The notes: generated by a model from the sequence alone, not told the origin. Positions 31,334 to 41,145 are shown, counted from the first letter of the stretch. The stretch: DNA of 64,000 nucleotides from Planctomycetaceae bacterium (GCA_947459185.1 CANHCU010000005.1:7161-71160), one strand, 5' to 3'. A program made the numbers and translations.

Positions 31334-31705
31334 ATGAGTTCTTCCATCTCATGCATCTGCGGCTATCGCGGACCGAGCGTGTCGGAGGCGGGCAGCGACG
31401 TCTGCCCCATCTGCCGAACGCCAGCCGCGGCTCGCGACGAGTCGTTGCATATTCCCTGCCCCCGCGGTCACGTGCTGAAGGTGACCCAGGCGATGCTTGG
31501 CCAGCGGGTTGTGTGCCCGAAGTGCAATGACTTCTTCGTGCTGGCCGCCGACGCCAGCGTCGAACGCAGGCGGGAGATGGACCGCCTGATGCACGAAGAT
31601 GACACGCGTCGAGCACGGCAGTGGCTGGCCCGCGCCCTCTGGGCGGCTGTCCTCGTGGTGGTGTCGCTGGTGTCGCTGATCGTGGTCAGCGCCCTGCCGA
31701 AGTAG
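31334..31705 (+). CDS. Hypothetical double zinc-ribbon protein with a C-terminal TM anchor
   Basis: CxC...CPxC, then CPxGH...CPKC, then a hydrophobic C-terminus; starts 13 nt after the ABC gene. Confidence 0.7.
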   Translation: MSSSISCICGYRGPSVSEAGSDVCPICRTPAAARDESLHIPCPRGHVLKVTQAMLGQRVVCPKCNDFFVLAADASVERRREMDRLMHEDDTRRARQWLARALWAAVLVVVSLVSLIVVSALPK

Positions 31706-31735
31706 ACCCGTAGAAGTTCACCGCCGGGGGCGGCA

Positions 31736-33205
31736 CTACCGGAGCCGGGCATTCCAGCCGGCCGCGTCCCGTGGCTGGTAGTGGGCCAGTTCGAAGCTGT
31801 CGCGAACCACCGACCGCACCGCGCGGAGATCGACCGCCCCATCGCAGGCGACGAGCTGTACGAGCAGGTTGCCGATGGCGGTCGCCTCGACGGGCCCGGC
31901 CACGACCGGGCGGTCCGCCGCGTCGGCGATCATCTGGCAGAGCAGCGCGTTCTTCACACCGCCGCCCACGACATGAATCCGCTCCACGCGGCGGCCGAGC
32001 AGTTCATCGAGTTCCTCGAGTGTCTTGCGAACGGCGGCGGCGACACTCTCAAGGGCCGTGCGGATAACGGCACCGGTCGTCTCGGGGACAGGCTCCCCCC
32101 CGCTGCGGGCGAGACTGCGGATCGCCTCCGGCATGTCGGCCGGCGCCACGAGCGACGGGTGATTGGGATCGACGAGCGTGGCCAGCGGCGCGGCCTCGGC
32201 CGCCAACGCAGTGAGCTGTTCCCAGCTCCACTCCTGGCCCGCCCGCTGCCAGCTCGCCCGGCATTGCTGCACGAGCCAGAGGCCACAGACATTCTTGAGC
32301 AGGCGAGTCGTACCGCCCACGCCGCCCTCGTTGGTGAAGTTATGGGCACGGCACTTCGGCGTGACGAGCGGCTGATCGAGCTCGGCGCCCACCAGCGCCC
32401 ACGTGCCGAGACTCACGTAGCACCAATCGGGTCGGCTGCAGGGGGGCTCGAGGGCTGGCACGGCCGCCACGGCACTGGCGGTATCGTGGGTGCCGGGCAC
32501 GACAACCCGAACGCCCGACAGGCCCGTCTCCGCGGCCACCTCAGGGCGTAGCGGCCCGAGGTCGGCGCCGGGCTCCACGAGCGGTCCGAAGAGATGCCGC
32601 GGAAGTTCGAACCGATCAAGCATGTCGAAGGCCCAGTCGCGGCGGCGTGGGTCGAAGCACTGCGTCGTCGTGGCGTTCGTCCGCTCGTTGGATCGCTCCC
32701 CCGACAGCAGCCAGTGAAAGAGATCGGGGATCATCAGTAGCCGGTCCGCGGCCGCCAGCACGGTCGGGTGCTGCCGTTTCAGGGCAAGCAGCTGATAGAG
32801 CGAGTTCAGCTCCATGAACTGCAGGCCGGTGGCCGCGAAGATCTCGTCGCGGGGCACGATCGCCTCGGCGGCAGCGAGCATTCCCTGCGTACGGGCGTCG
32901 CGGTAGCAGACGGGATTGGCCAGCAACGCGCCGTCGGCCGTCAGGAAGGAGAAGTCAACGCCCCAGGTATCGACGCCGACGCTCCGCACCGTGCGCCCAT
33001 GGCGGACTGCGGCGGCCCGCAGGCCGGTGACCACCTCCTTCCACAACCGCACCAGATCCCAGACAAGTTCGCCCCCCATCGCGACCGGTCCGTTCTCGAA
33101 GCGGTGGATCTCTTCCAGTTCCAACAGCCTGCCGTCAAAAGCTCCCGACACGACCCGCCCGCCGGAGGCGCCCAGATCGACCGCCAATGCCACAGATCTC
33201 GCCAT
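31736..33205 (-). CDS. rhaB: Rhamnulokinase (FGGY family)
   Basis: AVDLGASGGR, HRF.N, GVDTWGVD, YRD.RT, HDTASAV, GTW.L.G.E, FTNEGG, EATAIGN. Confidence 0.9.
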   Translation of the reverse strand: MARSVALAVDLGASGGRVVSGAFDGRLLELEEIHRFENGPVAMGGELVWDLVRLWKEVVTGLRAAAVRHGRTVRSVGVDTWGVDFSFLTADGALLANPVCYRDARTQGMLAAAEAIVPRDEIFAATGLQFMELNSLYQLLALKRQHPTVLAAADRLLMIPDLFHWLLSGERSNERTNATTTQCFDPRRRDWAFDMLDRFELPRHLFGPLVEPGADLGPLRPEVAAETGLSGVRVVVPGTHDTASAVAAVPALEPPCSRPDWCYVSLGTWALVGAELDQPLVTPKCRAHNFTNEGGVGGTTRLLKNVCGLWLVQQCRASWQRAGQEWSWEQLTALAAEAAPLATLVDPNHPSLVAPADMPEAIRSLARSGGEPVPETTGAVIRTALESVAAAVRKTLEELDELLGRRVERIHVVGGGVKNALLCQMIADAADRPVVAGPVEATAIGNLLVQLVACDGAVDLRAVRSVVRDSFELAHYQPRDAAGWNARLR

Positions 33206-33539
33206 GCGTGAAGACTCCTGCCGAACGTGTCGTGTCGCGAGCGGGATGTGGAAAGACGACCACAGCCTGCTCCAGCGGCACATTGTTCCTTTTTCCGATC
33301 TGGTGTCGAAGGGGCCGCAAAAAGAGTGCCACGGACTCCGCGAGGGGGACTGCCGACGGCAGACCTGGGAAAAACGGCGAACTTTCCGGTTGCATTGACT
33401 CTTCGTAGGCCGCAAGCGGGCGGAGGGTCGATAAATCCCGGGAGAGAGCCTATTGTTAACCTGCTTGGGCAACTTATGTAGGATTCAGGTAGGGCAGAAT
33501 TTCGGCCCCACGCAGCCCTCCGGGCATCGGGCAGTCGCC

Positions 33540-34277
33540 ATGGGATTAAACGTCATCGAAACGGGCTCCGCAGGCGTCTCGCCAGAGGTGCTCGAGGATC
33601 TGTCCCAGGCCAGTCGTTTCCTGGAAGGACTCGAGCCCCCAGACATCATCCGCTGGGCCGTCGAGCGGTATGGTCAGCGTCTGACGATGGCCACCGCCTT
33701 TGGCCCGGAAGGCTGCCTGATCATTCATTGGCTCGCGACCATCGCGCCGAAGACCTTCGTCTTCAACCTCGACACGGGCTACCAGTTCAAGGAAACGCTC
33801 GAACTTCGTGACCGCATCGCCCGTCGGTATGGCATCGACGTCTCGCTGGAGCGGCCGGAGACAACGGTCGAGGAATACGAACGGGCGAATGGCGGTCCAC
33901 TCCATCAATCCGACCCCAACCGCTGCTGCGCTGACCGCAAGATCACCGTCATCCGCCGTGTGCTCACAAGATTCGATGCCTGGATGAGTGGCATCCGCCG
34001 CGACCAGAGTCAGGATCGGGCAGCCGCGGCGATCGTGGGGTGGGACCACAAGTTCAACGTGGTGAAGATTTCGCCGCTGGCCAACTGGACGAAGGCCAAG
34101 GTCTGGGACGCGATCGTGCGTGAGGACGTTCCCTACAACCCGCTGCACGACCAGGGCTACATCTCCATCGGCTGCTGGCCCTGCACCAGGGCCGTCTCTT
34201 TCGGCGACGATGAGCGAGCCGGTCGCTGGAGCGGCACGGCCAAGACGGAGTGCGGCCTCCATTCCCGCGATCACTGA
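33540..34277 (+). CDS. cysH: APS/PAPS reductase (Fe-S type)
   Basis: LDTGY.F.ET, RCC...K, SIGCWPCT, C-terminal ECGLH. Confidence 0.93.
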   Translation: MGLNVIETGSAGVSPEVLEDLSQASRFLEGLEPPDIIRWAVERYGQRLTMATAFGPEGCLIIHWLATIAPKTFVFNLDTGYQFKETLELRDRIARRYGIDVSLERPETTVEEYERANGGPLHQSDPNRCCADRKITVIRRVLTRFDAWMSGIRRDQSQDRAAAAIVGWDHKFNVVKISPLANWTKAKVWDAIVREDVPYNPLHDQGYISIGCWPCTRAVSFGDDERAGRWSGTAKTECGLHSRDH

Positions 34278-34357
34278 CCGTCCGCGGTGTTTCACCTCAG
34301 AACCCCGACGCAGCGCGTTACGCAGAGCCCAAGCACAGAGGGCCGAAAAGAGTCAGG

Positions 34358-34795
34358 ATGAGACTTTCCGCGAAGACAGAATATGCCGCGATCGCCGTGC
34401 TCGAACTCGCGCGGCAGTGGACCTCCGGCGAGCCGGTACGCATCCGCTCGATCTGCGAGGCGCATGGCGTACCCGCCCGGTTTCTGGTGCAGATCCTGCT
34501 GCAATTGAAAGGGGCGGGGGTCGTCATCAGCACCCGCGGCGCCTCCGGCGGATACCAGTTGGCCCGTCCGCCGGCGGAGATCACGCTGGAGGATGTGTTT
34601 CGCGTGATCGAAGGCCCTGATGAACTGTTGACGGCAGTCACCGCCGACCTCGCCGGGCGGTCACGAACGGTGCACGTGCTCCTCGATGCCTGGCGACAGG
34701 TGGCTCGGGCCGAAACGGAGACGTTGCGGGGCGTCACGTTCGCCGACCTCGTGGAACGCTCCCGCGCCGTGAACGAGCCGATGTATTACATATAG
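34358..34795 (+). CDS. Rrf2 family transcriptional regulator (CymR-like)
   Basis: LSAKTEYA, FLVQIL..LK.AG.V.S.RG..GGY.LA, IEG, C-terminal MYYI. No IscR Cys triad. Confidence 0.9.
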   Translation: MRLSAKTEYAAIAVLELARQWTSGEPVRIRSICEAHGVPARFLVQILLQLKGAGVVISTRGASGGYQLARPPAEITLEDVFRVIEGPDELLTAVTADLAGRSRTVHVLLDAWRQVARAETETLRGVTFADLVERSRAVNEPMYYI

Positions 34796-34822
34796 TGGCA
34801 CGAACCCCCTTAGATGAAGCGA

Positions 34823-34905
34823 CGCGGATTCCTCTCGCTAGCGCTTCGGGCTTGGATGGGAAACATGAGCGCATCCGAGCCTGCAGCGCAAGCAAGGGAA
34901 TGCGG
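34823..34905. repeat. Inverted pair of REP-like hairpins (cluster 4)
   Basis: The same two units as at 529-619, in the opposite arrangement, between convergent genes. Confidence 0.8.
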
Positions 34906-34973
34906 GTGAAAAACCCATATCGCTCGGAGAACCGAGTTCGGCCCGTCACCGGCGACGGCTCCGCTACCGCCGG

Positions 34974-36449
34974 CTAGCCGATGAGCGTGGTCAACATGTC
35001 GCTTATCTCGGCCGTCTGCAACGGCACCGTGACGGTTTTGCGACGGTCGTCCACCTTGGCGAGCCCCACCAATTCAGGCTGTGAGGGATCGAGGAGCAAA
35101 ACCGCCGGAATGTTTCTGAGGAACGGATCCTCGGCCATCGTGTTGAACGCATCCACGCCCGTTTCGCCGAACGACGTACCGCTGATCACGAGGCAGTCGG
35201 CTGCCGGCGGCGACGCGGAACAGCGTTCCAAGGCCCGCTGCAGATTCTCCGTCAGCAGCACCTTGTAACCGAGCGTTTTGAAGAAACCACGCAGCTCCGT
35301 CTGCTCCGTCGGCGACGCCTCCGCCAGCATCAGCGTGCCCTTCAACGCCGCCTGTGCGGCCACGGCCTTGACGGCCTTCTTTTTCAAGGCGGCGCCGCTG
35401 GCACTGGCGGCTACCGATGCCTCGCCTGCGGTCGCATATTTGGCCACCAACGGCTCCAGGGCCCGCCGCACCTCCATCGCCGTCTGCCAGCGTTCGTCCG
35501 GATTGAGGTACATCATCCGCATGACAAGATCGACGACGTCGCGCGGCAGTTCCGGCGCCCGCCAGGCGAGCGGCTCGACCCCGGTGAATCGACGCGGATC
35601 GGTGCGGACGGCACGATCTCGCGATTCCGTCAGTGCCGACACGCCGCAGAGCGCCAGGTAGGCGACCGTGCCGAGAAAATAAATGTCGCTGCGAACACTG
35701 TCGTCCTTGACCTTTCCGATGCTCTCCAGCGCCGCATAGTCAACGGTCCGCGGCTGTCCCGTGCGACGCAGCGCCTTGCTCGCAGTCGTGTCGCCACCGG
35801 CGAGACCGAAGTCCACGAGCTTCGCCTGCCCGCTGAAAGAGATGAGCACGTTGGAAGCCTTGATGTCGCGGTGAGTCACACCGAGGCGATGGGCGTACTC
35901 CAGACCCTCCACGAGTTGCATGATGATGACCAGTGCCCGCGATAGGTCGATGGCCCCGCGGACTCGTACCAACTCCCGCAGCGTCTGTCCCTCGACGAAC
36001 TCCATCGTGATGTAGCTGGAGTTGTATTCCCGCCCGACGTCCTCGATGGCGACGATGTTGGGATGCCGGAGCAACCGGCCCATTTCCCCTTCACGCTGGA
36101 ACGACTGGCATTTCTCGGGATCGGAACTGTAGCGGCTGCGCAGCACCTTCACGGCGAGAATGCGTCCGGTATCGGCGTGGATGGCGCGATAGACGCGAGA
36201 GAAGGATCCAGCCCCCACCTGATAGAGGATCTTGGCCCTGCCGTAGAAGAAACCATCCACCTCACCACGCAGAAGCCGATCGACCTGATAGCCGGTCAGT
36301 CGTTCGTGGCGGACGAGCGCGGCGCCGAAATCCTGCAACGACACGTTGTGGCCGCCGAGTTCGCTCCAGACGGCATCCAGGTGCGCCGCCGGCACGAGAT
36401 CCAACTGCTCCAAACGGTGGGCCAGTTCGTCAGCCGTTGACGGCTTCAT
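34974..36449 (-). CDS. Hanks-type Ser/Thr protein kinase with a C-terminal receiver-like domain
   Basis: VGAGSFSRVY, AVKVL, HPNIV, HRDIKASN, DFGLA, SDIYFLG; no TM segment. Confidence 0.88.
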   Translation of the reverse strand: MKPSTADELAHRLEQLDLVPAAHLDAVWSELGGHNVSLQDFGAALVRHERLTGYQVDRLLRGEVDGFFYGRAKILYQVGAGSFSRVYRAIHADTGRILAVKVLRSRYSSDPEKCQSFQREGEMGRLLRHPNIVAIEDVGREYNSSYITMEFVEGQTLRELVRVRGAIDLSRALVIIMQLVEGLEYAHRLGVTHRDIKASNVLISFSGQAKLVDFGLAGGDTTASKALRRTGQPRTVDYAALESIGKVKDDSVRSDIYFLGTVAYLALCGVSALTESRDRAVRTDPRRFTGVEPLAWRAPELPRDVVDLVMRMMYLNPDERWQTAMEVRRALEPLVAKYATAGEASVAASASGAALKKKAVKAVAAQAALKGTLMLAEASPTEQTELRGFFKTLGYKVLLTENLQRALERCSASPPAADCLVISGTSFGETGVDAFNTMAEDPFLRNIPAVLLLDPSQPELVGLAKVDDRRKTVTVPLQTAEISDMLTTLIG

Positions 36450-36534
36450 GGTGGGCAGAAACCAAGCGGGGTCAGGCGAAATATGGAAGGCGGGGCCTGC
36501 CAGGCAGGGCAGGCAGGGAGGGCAGGCGGGGAGA

Positions 36535-36574
36535 TCTTCCGTTGCCGGGCCCCGCGGGGCCCGGCAACGGAAGA
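36535..36574. repeat. Perfect 40-bp loopless palindrome
   Basis: TCTTCCGTTGCCGGGCCCCG followed directly by CGGGGCCCGGCAACGGAAGA. Confidence 0.95.
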
Positions 36575-36838
36575 ATCTACGGTCATCCTAACCGAATGTT
36601 CATGAACGTGTCGCCGATTCCGCCCAGAGGATCGCGAAAATCGGCAGACTTTTCCCCGCTGGTGCGGAACCTTCGGCAGAGACGGCACAACCGGCCTGTC
36701 TCACGGCGAAGGGCGCATGGCACCGACGACTTTGTCCACGGACTGCTGGCATCGCTCTGGAGCCTGCGACGATCGGGGTGCTACAAACCGCGGTTTGTGG
36801 CCGCCGCAGCCTTTCGGCCCGGCCGCCGTGGAGATTCC

Positions 36839-39800
36839 ATGCCCGTTCCACCTGTGCCGTCGCCGCTGCCCGCCCGTCACCTGTTGCTGGTGGTCGGCTG
36901 GTGCATGCTGGCTGTGGGGACGGTCCGGGCCCGAGCCGATGACGTGGAGGAAGGATTCGAAGGCCGACAGCCCCTCTGGTCGCTTGCCGAAGCCGACTGC
37001 GGGCCGCGTGTGACCGGCCACGCCCTCACGGGCGATGCGGCCCACCGTGGCAATTTTGGCGAGCGGATCGTGCTGGACGCCGCTGCGGGCTCGACCCTGC
37101 GGCTGCAGTTCCCGATCGGCCCGGCGAGCGTCATCGACGAGTTCCGCGCCTCGGTCTGGGTGAGGGGCAATCGTCCGGCCGTCCGGCTTGGCGTGAGGAT
37201 CGCGTTGCCGAACGTTTCGTCGCGGCAGACGGGGCGATCGATCGACGCCGTGGTGCAGGGCACCGTCTCCCGCCACTCGGACCGCTGGGAGTTGCTGGAA
37301 GCTGGCGACATCGTGACCGGTTTGGAACGACAGCTCGCCGCGCTTCGCGCCCAGCACGGTCCAACGGCGAGCCTGACGGGCGCCGTGGTCACCCATCTCG
37401 TGCTCGAACTCTACTCCGCCCCAGGTCATTACGACCTGTGGATCGACGACCTGCGGGTGCAGGGTGTCATTCCAGCCGCTGCTCCGCAGGCCCAGCCAGC
37501 CACAGCGGGTCAGAGCGATGATGCGTTCGCCGTGCGGCAGGCCGCGTTCACCGAGGCGGCGGCACCCACGCAGGCCGTGCCGCCCACACAGGCCGCGGCA
37601 CAGCAGACCGCCGCGCTCACGCGGGGCGTGCTGGAGGTGGGCGGGCTGCCCTTCTTTCCCCGCAGCCTCGATCACCATGGCGAACCGCTCGAAGCGATCG
37701 CGCGACTCGGCTTCAATTGCGTGCGGCTCTCCGCTCCCGCGACCGCTGACCTACTCGCCGAGGCGCAGCGGGCCGGCGTCTGGCTGATCTCTCCTCCACC
37801 CGACCTGCCCGACATCGACATCCGCGATGCAGACTCGCTCCCCACGTTCTCCGCCCGTTGGGACAGGGTGCTCTTCTGGGACATGGGCAGCGGACTGGCG
37901 GAACAGGATGTCGAGAATCTCGCCGAGCGAGTGCGGCGGGTGCGGACCTGCGACTCCCGCGGCAGCCGGCCGCTGATCGCTGCCGCCGACTCCGGCCTGC
38001 GGGCCATCTCGCGTCACGTAGACATGCTCGTGGCCCGGCGGACGGTTCTGGGCACCAGCCTCGAGCTCCTCGATTATCTCGCCTGGCTCCGGGAGCGGCC
38101 CCGGCTCACCCGGCCCGGCACGCCGATTCTGGCCTCACTCTCAACCGAGATCGATCCGCGAACGTCACGGCAAGCCGCGGCACTGTCCGGCATCGGTGGG
38201 CAGGGATTGTCGGTCGATCCGGAGAGCCTCTGCCTGGCATCGTTGGCGGCGGTATCGGCGGGCACGCGAGGGATCCTGTTTTCCTCCACCCGCCGCATCG
38301 ACGGTGACGACCACGAGTCGCGGGCCCGGGCGGCAGCCTCCCTCTCCATGAACCTCCAGTTACAACTGCTCGAACCCTGGGCCGCGGCAGGACGGTTTGC
38401 GGCGGCGGCGCAGTCGAGCGATCCCGAGGTGCAGGCTGTCGTGCTCGAGGCGGCTCGGGCACGGATGGTGGTCGCCTGGCGGTGCGTGCAGGGATCGCAG
38501 ATCGTGGCCCGTCATTATCACGGCGACATTCCCCGCAATGCTCAGCCGCTCACGCTGCTTGTGCCCGGCGTGCCCGAGGCCCATCAGGCCTGGGAGGTGT
38601 CGCCCGGAGGCCTGCGTCCGCTGCGTCACAAGCGGGTGACGGGCGGTATCTCGCTGACGCTCGAATCATTCCGCGGCCACTCGCTGGTGCTGCTCAGCGG
38701 CGATCCAGCCGTGACGGCGCACGTGCAGGAACGGGTCCGCGGACTTGTGCCGCTCGAACTTGCGTCGGCACGGGCTTTGGCCGCGGGGGTGTTGGCCGAC
38801 GATGTCAGTCTGCTCGGCCGGCTGCCGCCCGCGGCGCTCGGCAACCTGCCGGTGGCCGCGATGCTCGCCGAGGCCCAGAGGGACGTGCAGCAGGCCGAGG
38901 CGTCGATGGCCGATCCCGCCGTGGCGATCGAATGTCTGCGGCGGGCCGCAGCCATCGGCGGACAGGTGGAGCGACTCGCCTGGGAACGCGGCGTGCTGGC
39001 CACCGGCTCGATGGTGGCAAGTCCGCTCTCGACCTCCGACGCCACGCTCGCGGAACACTGGCGGTTCATCGACGCGCTCTCATCCACCTCGCCTTCGACG
39101 GAGTTGCTCACCGGCGGTGGCATGGAACGCATCGAAGATCTCGCCACGGCGGGCTGGCGTCATTTTGCCCTCGAACAGCAGTCGCTGCGATCGGCCGTGG
39201 AAATCGACCGCACGCAGCCTGCCAGCGGCACCGGCAGCCTGACGATGAAAGCCGAGCCGACCTCGGCCGCCGACGCTCCCGTGGTGGTGGAGACGCCGCC
39301 GGTCTGGGTGACCACGCCGCCAGTGCGGGTTCCGGCCGGCAGATTGCTCGAGATTCAGGCACGGGTCTGGGTGCCGAGGCCGATCAAGGGGAGCGTCGAT
39401 GGGCTGCTCATCTTCGACTCCCTCGGCGGCCCCGCCCTCGCGGAGCGTGTGGGCATGACGCCGGCCTGGCGGCGACTGGTGCTCTACCGCATCGTGCCGG
39501 CCGATGCCGTCGATGAACCGCTGACCGTGACGTTCGCGCTCACGGGCATGGGCGAGGCGCGGATCGACGATGTTTCCATCCGCGTGTTGGATCGTGGGGT
39601 GGGTGGCATTCCGGCCACCGTCGTTTCCACGCCACCGCCAGCCACCGCTCTTCCCTCCGGATTCCCTCAACCGAGTCAGCTCCTCGCCGGCCCCGACGCC
39701 GCGCCCGCGGCCCTTCCCGAGGTGGGGCCCGTTCCCGCCGTCGTCGCGGCACCGTCGGCAGTCACCGCGGCACCGTCGGCGGCGGCGCCAAGCCCTCCGT

Positions 39801-39943
39801 CTGCGGCCCTCCCGCAGTGGCCCGGCATGAATCTCGAGTGGCCGAAGCTTCTGCCTTTTGGCCAGTCCTCCTCCGCGCCGCCGCCCGGCCCGGGCGGCGG
39901 CACCGTCGATCCGTTCAAGCGATCCCGCGCGGCGCAGCCCTAA
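36839..39943 (+). CDS. Large exported hypothetical protein (CBM-like / TIM-barrel-like / CBM-like)
   Basis: GGAG RBS, signal peptide, ~1034-aa ORF, GFNCVRL motif, two jelly-roll-like segments ending IDD, Pro/Ala-rich tail. Confidence 0.7.
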   Translation: MPVPPVPSPLPARHLLLVVGWCMLAVGTVRARADDVEEGFEGRQPLWSLAEADCGPRVTGHALTGDAAHRGNFGERIVLDAAAGSTLRLQFPIGPASVIDEFRASVWVRGNRPAVRLGVRIALPNVSSRQTGRSIDAVVQGTVSRHSDRWELLEAGDIVTGLERQLAALRAQHGPTASLTGAVVTHLVLELYSAPGHYDLWIDDLRVQGVIPAAAPQAQPATAGQSDDAFAVRQAAFTEAAAPTQAVPPTQAAAQQTAALTRGVLEVGGLPFFPRSLDHHGEPLEAIARLGFNCVRLSAPATADLLAEAQRAGVWLISPPPDLPDIDIRDADSLPTFSARWDRVLFWDMGSGLAEQDVENLAERVRRVRTCDSRGSRPLIAAADSGLRAISRHVDMLVARRTVLGTSLELLDYLAWLRERPRLTRPGTPILASLSTEIDPRTSRQAAALSGIGGQGLSVDPESLCLASLAAVSAGTRGILFSSTRRIDGDDHESRARAAASLSMNLQLQLLEPWAAAGRFAAAAQSSDPEVQAVVLEAARARMVVAWRCVQGSQIVARHYHGDIPRNAQPLTLLVPGVPEAHQAWEVSPGGLRPLRHKRVTGGISLTLESFRGHSLVLLSGDPAVTAHVQERVRGLVPLELASARALAAGVLADDVSLLGRLPPAALGNLPVAAMLAEAQRDVQQAEASMADPAVAIECLRRAAAIGGQVERLAWERGVLATGSMVASPLSTSDATLAEHWRFIDALSSTSPSTELLTGGGMERIEDLATAGWRHFALEQQSLRSAVEIDRTQPASGTGSLTMKAEPTSAADAPVVVETPPVWVTTPPVRVPAGRLLEIQARVWVPRPIKGSVDGLLIFDSLGGPALAERVGMTPAWRRLVLYRIVPADAVDEPLTVTFALTGMGEARIDDVSIRVLDRGVGGIPATVVSTPPPATALPSGFPQPSQLLAGPDAAPAALPEVGPVPAVVAAPSAVTAAPSAAAPSPPSAALPQWPGMNLEWPKLLPFGQSSSAPPPGPGGGTVDPFKRSRAAQP

Positions 39944-40056
39944 GCCCTGCTATCCTGCCGGGAAGCCGCACACGGATCTCGGCGTTCCGGCTACATTCTG
40001 GGCTTCATTCGTGGCGACTCAGTGCCGTGCATCAATTGTTCCTTGGATGTCCTGAC

Positions 40057-41025
40057 ATGCGATCTGGATTGCGGTTCCGATCCGAACTGCTCCGCACCCT
40101 CGAGACCTCGGAGCAGACCGACCGGCTGGTTTCACCGACCGCGATGGCCGTGGCCACTGCCGTGATCGAAGCGACAGACAGGGCATTGCACGAGAGCGAG
40201 GGGGCTGGTGCCCTGCAGGCGGAAGAAGGCCTCGCCGCGGCGGAGGATGGTTCGTCGATCAAGGAGAAATCGGTCGGCGATTATGTGACGGCGCTCGACC
40301 TCAGCCTCGACCGTCACCTCAGCCGGGCGCTCGAGGCAATCAAGGAGATGCCGATCATCTCCGAGGAGGGGCCTGCCATGCCCGACCTCCATGCTCTCCC
40401 CGAGGCCTGGCTCATCGACCCGCTGGACGGCACGACCGCGTCGCTCTGTGGGGAAACGGCGATCTGCGGACCGATGGTCGCCTGCCTGGAGCATGGGGAG
40501 CCGCGGATTTCCGTCATGCTCTCGCTTGACGGAACGACGCTCGGCATCGCCGAACGCGGCCGCGGTGCGGCGATCCTCCGATCGGGCGAAGACGGAATCG
40601 CCTGGCTGCCCGCGGGCAGCTTCGCCTCGATGGGCACGCTCAAGGATGGCTGCCTACTCTTCAATCCGCAGAGCGACAGCGGGCGATCCCATCCGGCGTT
40701 CATGAAACTGCACGACGCGATGCGAACCGGCGCCCACACGATGGCAATCGAGAGCCGGATTCCGCACTCGATGGCCAGCCTGGCACTGGGGACCAAGCGG
40801 CGTCTGGCCGTGATCCACGACAACTCGGCGGCATTTCCCAAGCAGATGGCCTGGGATGTGCTGCCGGTCAAACTCTGGGTCGAGGAGCGCGGAGGTGTCT
40901 ATTGGGGCATCGACGGCCGGCCCTATGACATCCGCCAGCCGATGCCGATCATCGCTGCCACGCGGGCTGACATCGCCGAACAGTTGGTCGCGCTGGCCGG
41001 GGTCCGCGGGGCATGGTACGGGTGA
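40057..41025 (+). CDS. Inositol monophosphatase family protein (divergent)
   Basis: DYVT..D, ISEE, WLIDPLDGT, AWDV...L.VEE.GG. Start uncertain. Confidence 0.8.
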   Translation: MRSGLRFRSELLRTLETSEQTDRLVSPTAMAVATAVIEATDRALHESEGAGALQAEEGLAAAEDGSSIKEKSVGDYVTALDLSLDRHLSRALEAIKEMPIISEEGPAMPDLHALPEAWLIDPLDGTTASLCGETAICGPMVACLEHGEPRISVMLSLDGTTLGIAERGRGAAILRSGEDGIAWLPAGSFASMGTLKDGCLLFNPQSDSGRSHPAFMKLHDAMRTGAHTMAIESRIPHSMASLALGTKRRLAVIHDNSAAFPKQMAWDVLPVKLWVEERGGVYWGIDGRPYDIRQPMPIIAATRADIAEQLVALAGVRGAWYG

Positions 41026-41030
41026 CCACC

Positions 41031-41104
41031 ATCCCGTCGCTTACGCTCTGCATACAAGCCCCCGGCGGGAGCCGGGGGATCCCGTCGCTTGCGCTCTGGG
41101 CTTC
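41031..41104. repeat. Three REP-like hairpins (cluster 5)
   Basis: ATCCCGTCGCTTACGCTCTG, CATACAAGCCCCCGGCGGGAGCCGGGGGAT and ATCCCGTCGCTTGCGCTCTGGGCTT, between convergent genes. Confidence 0.75.
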
Positions 41105-41145
41105 TATCAATATATGGGTGCCTCCGGCATGACGGTCTCGGCCGA

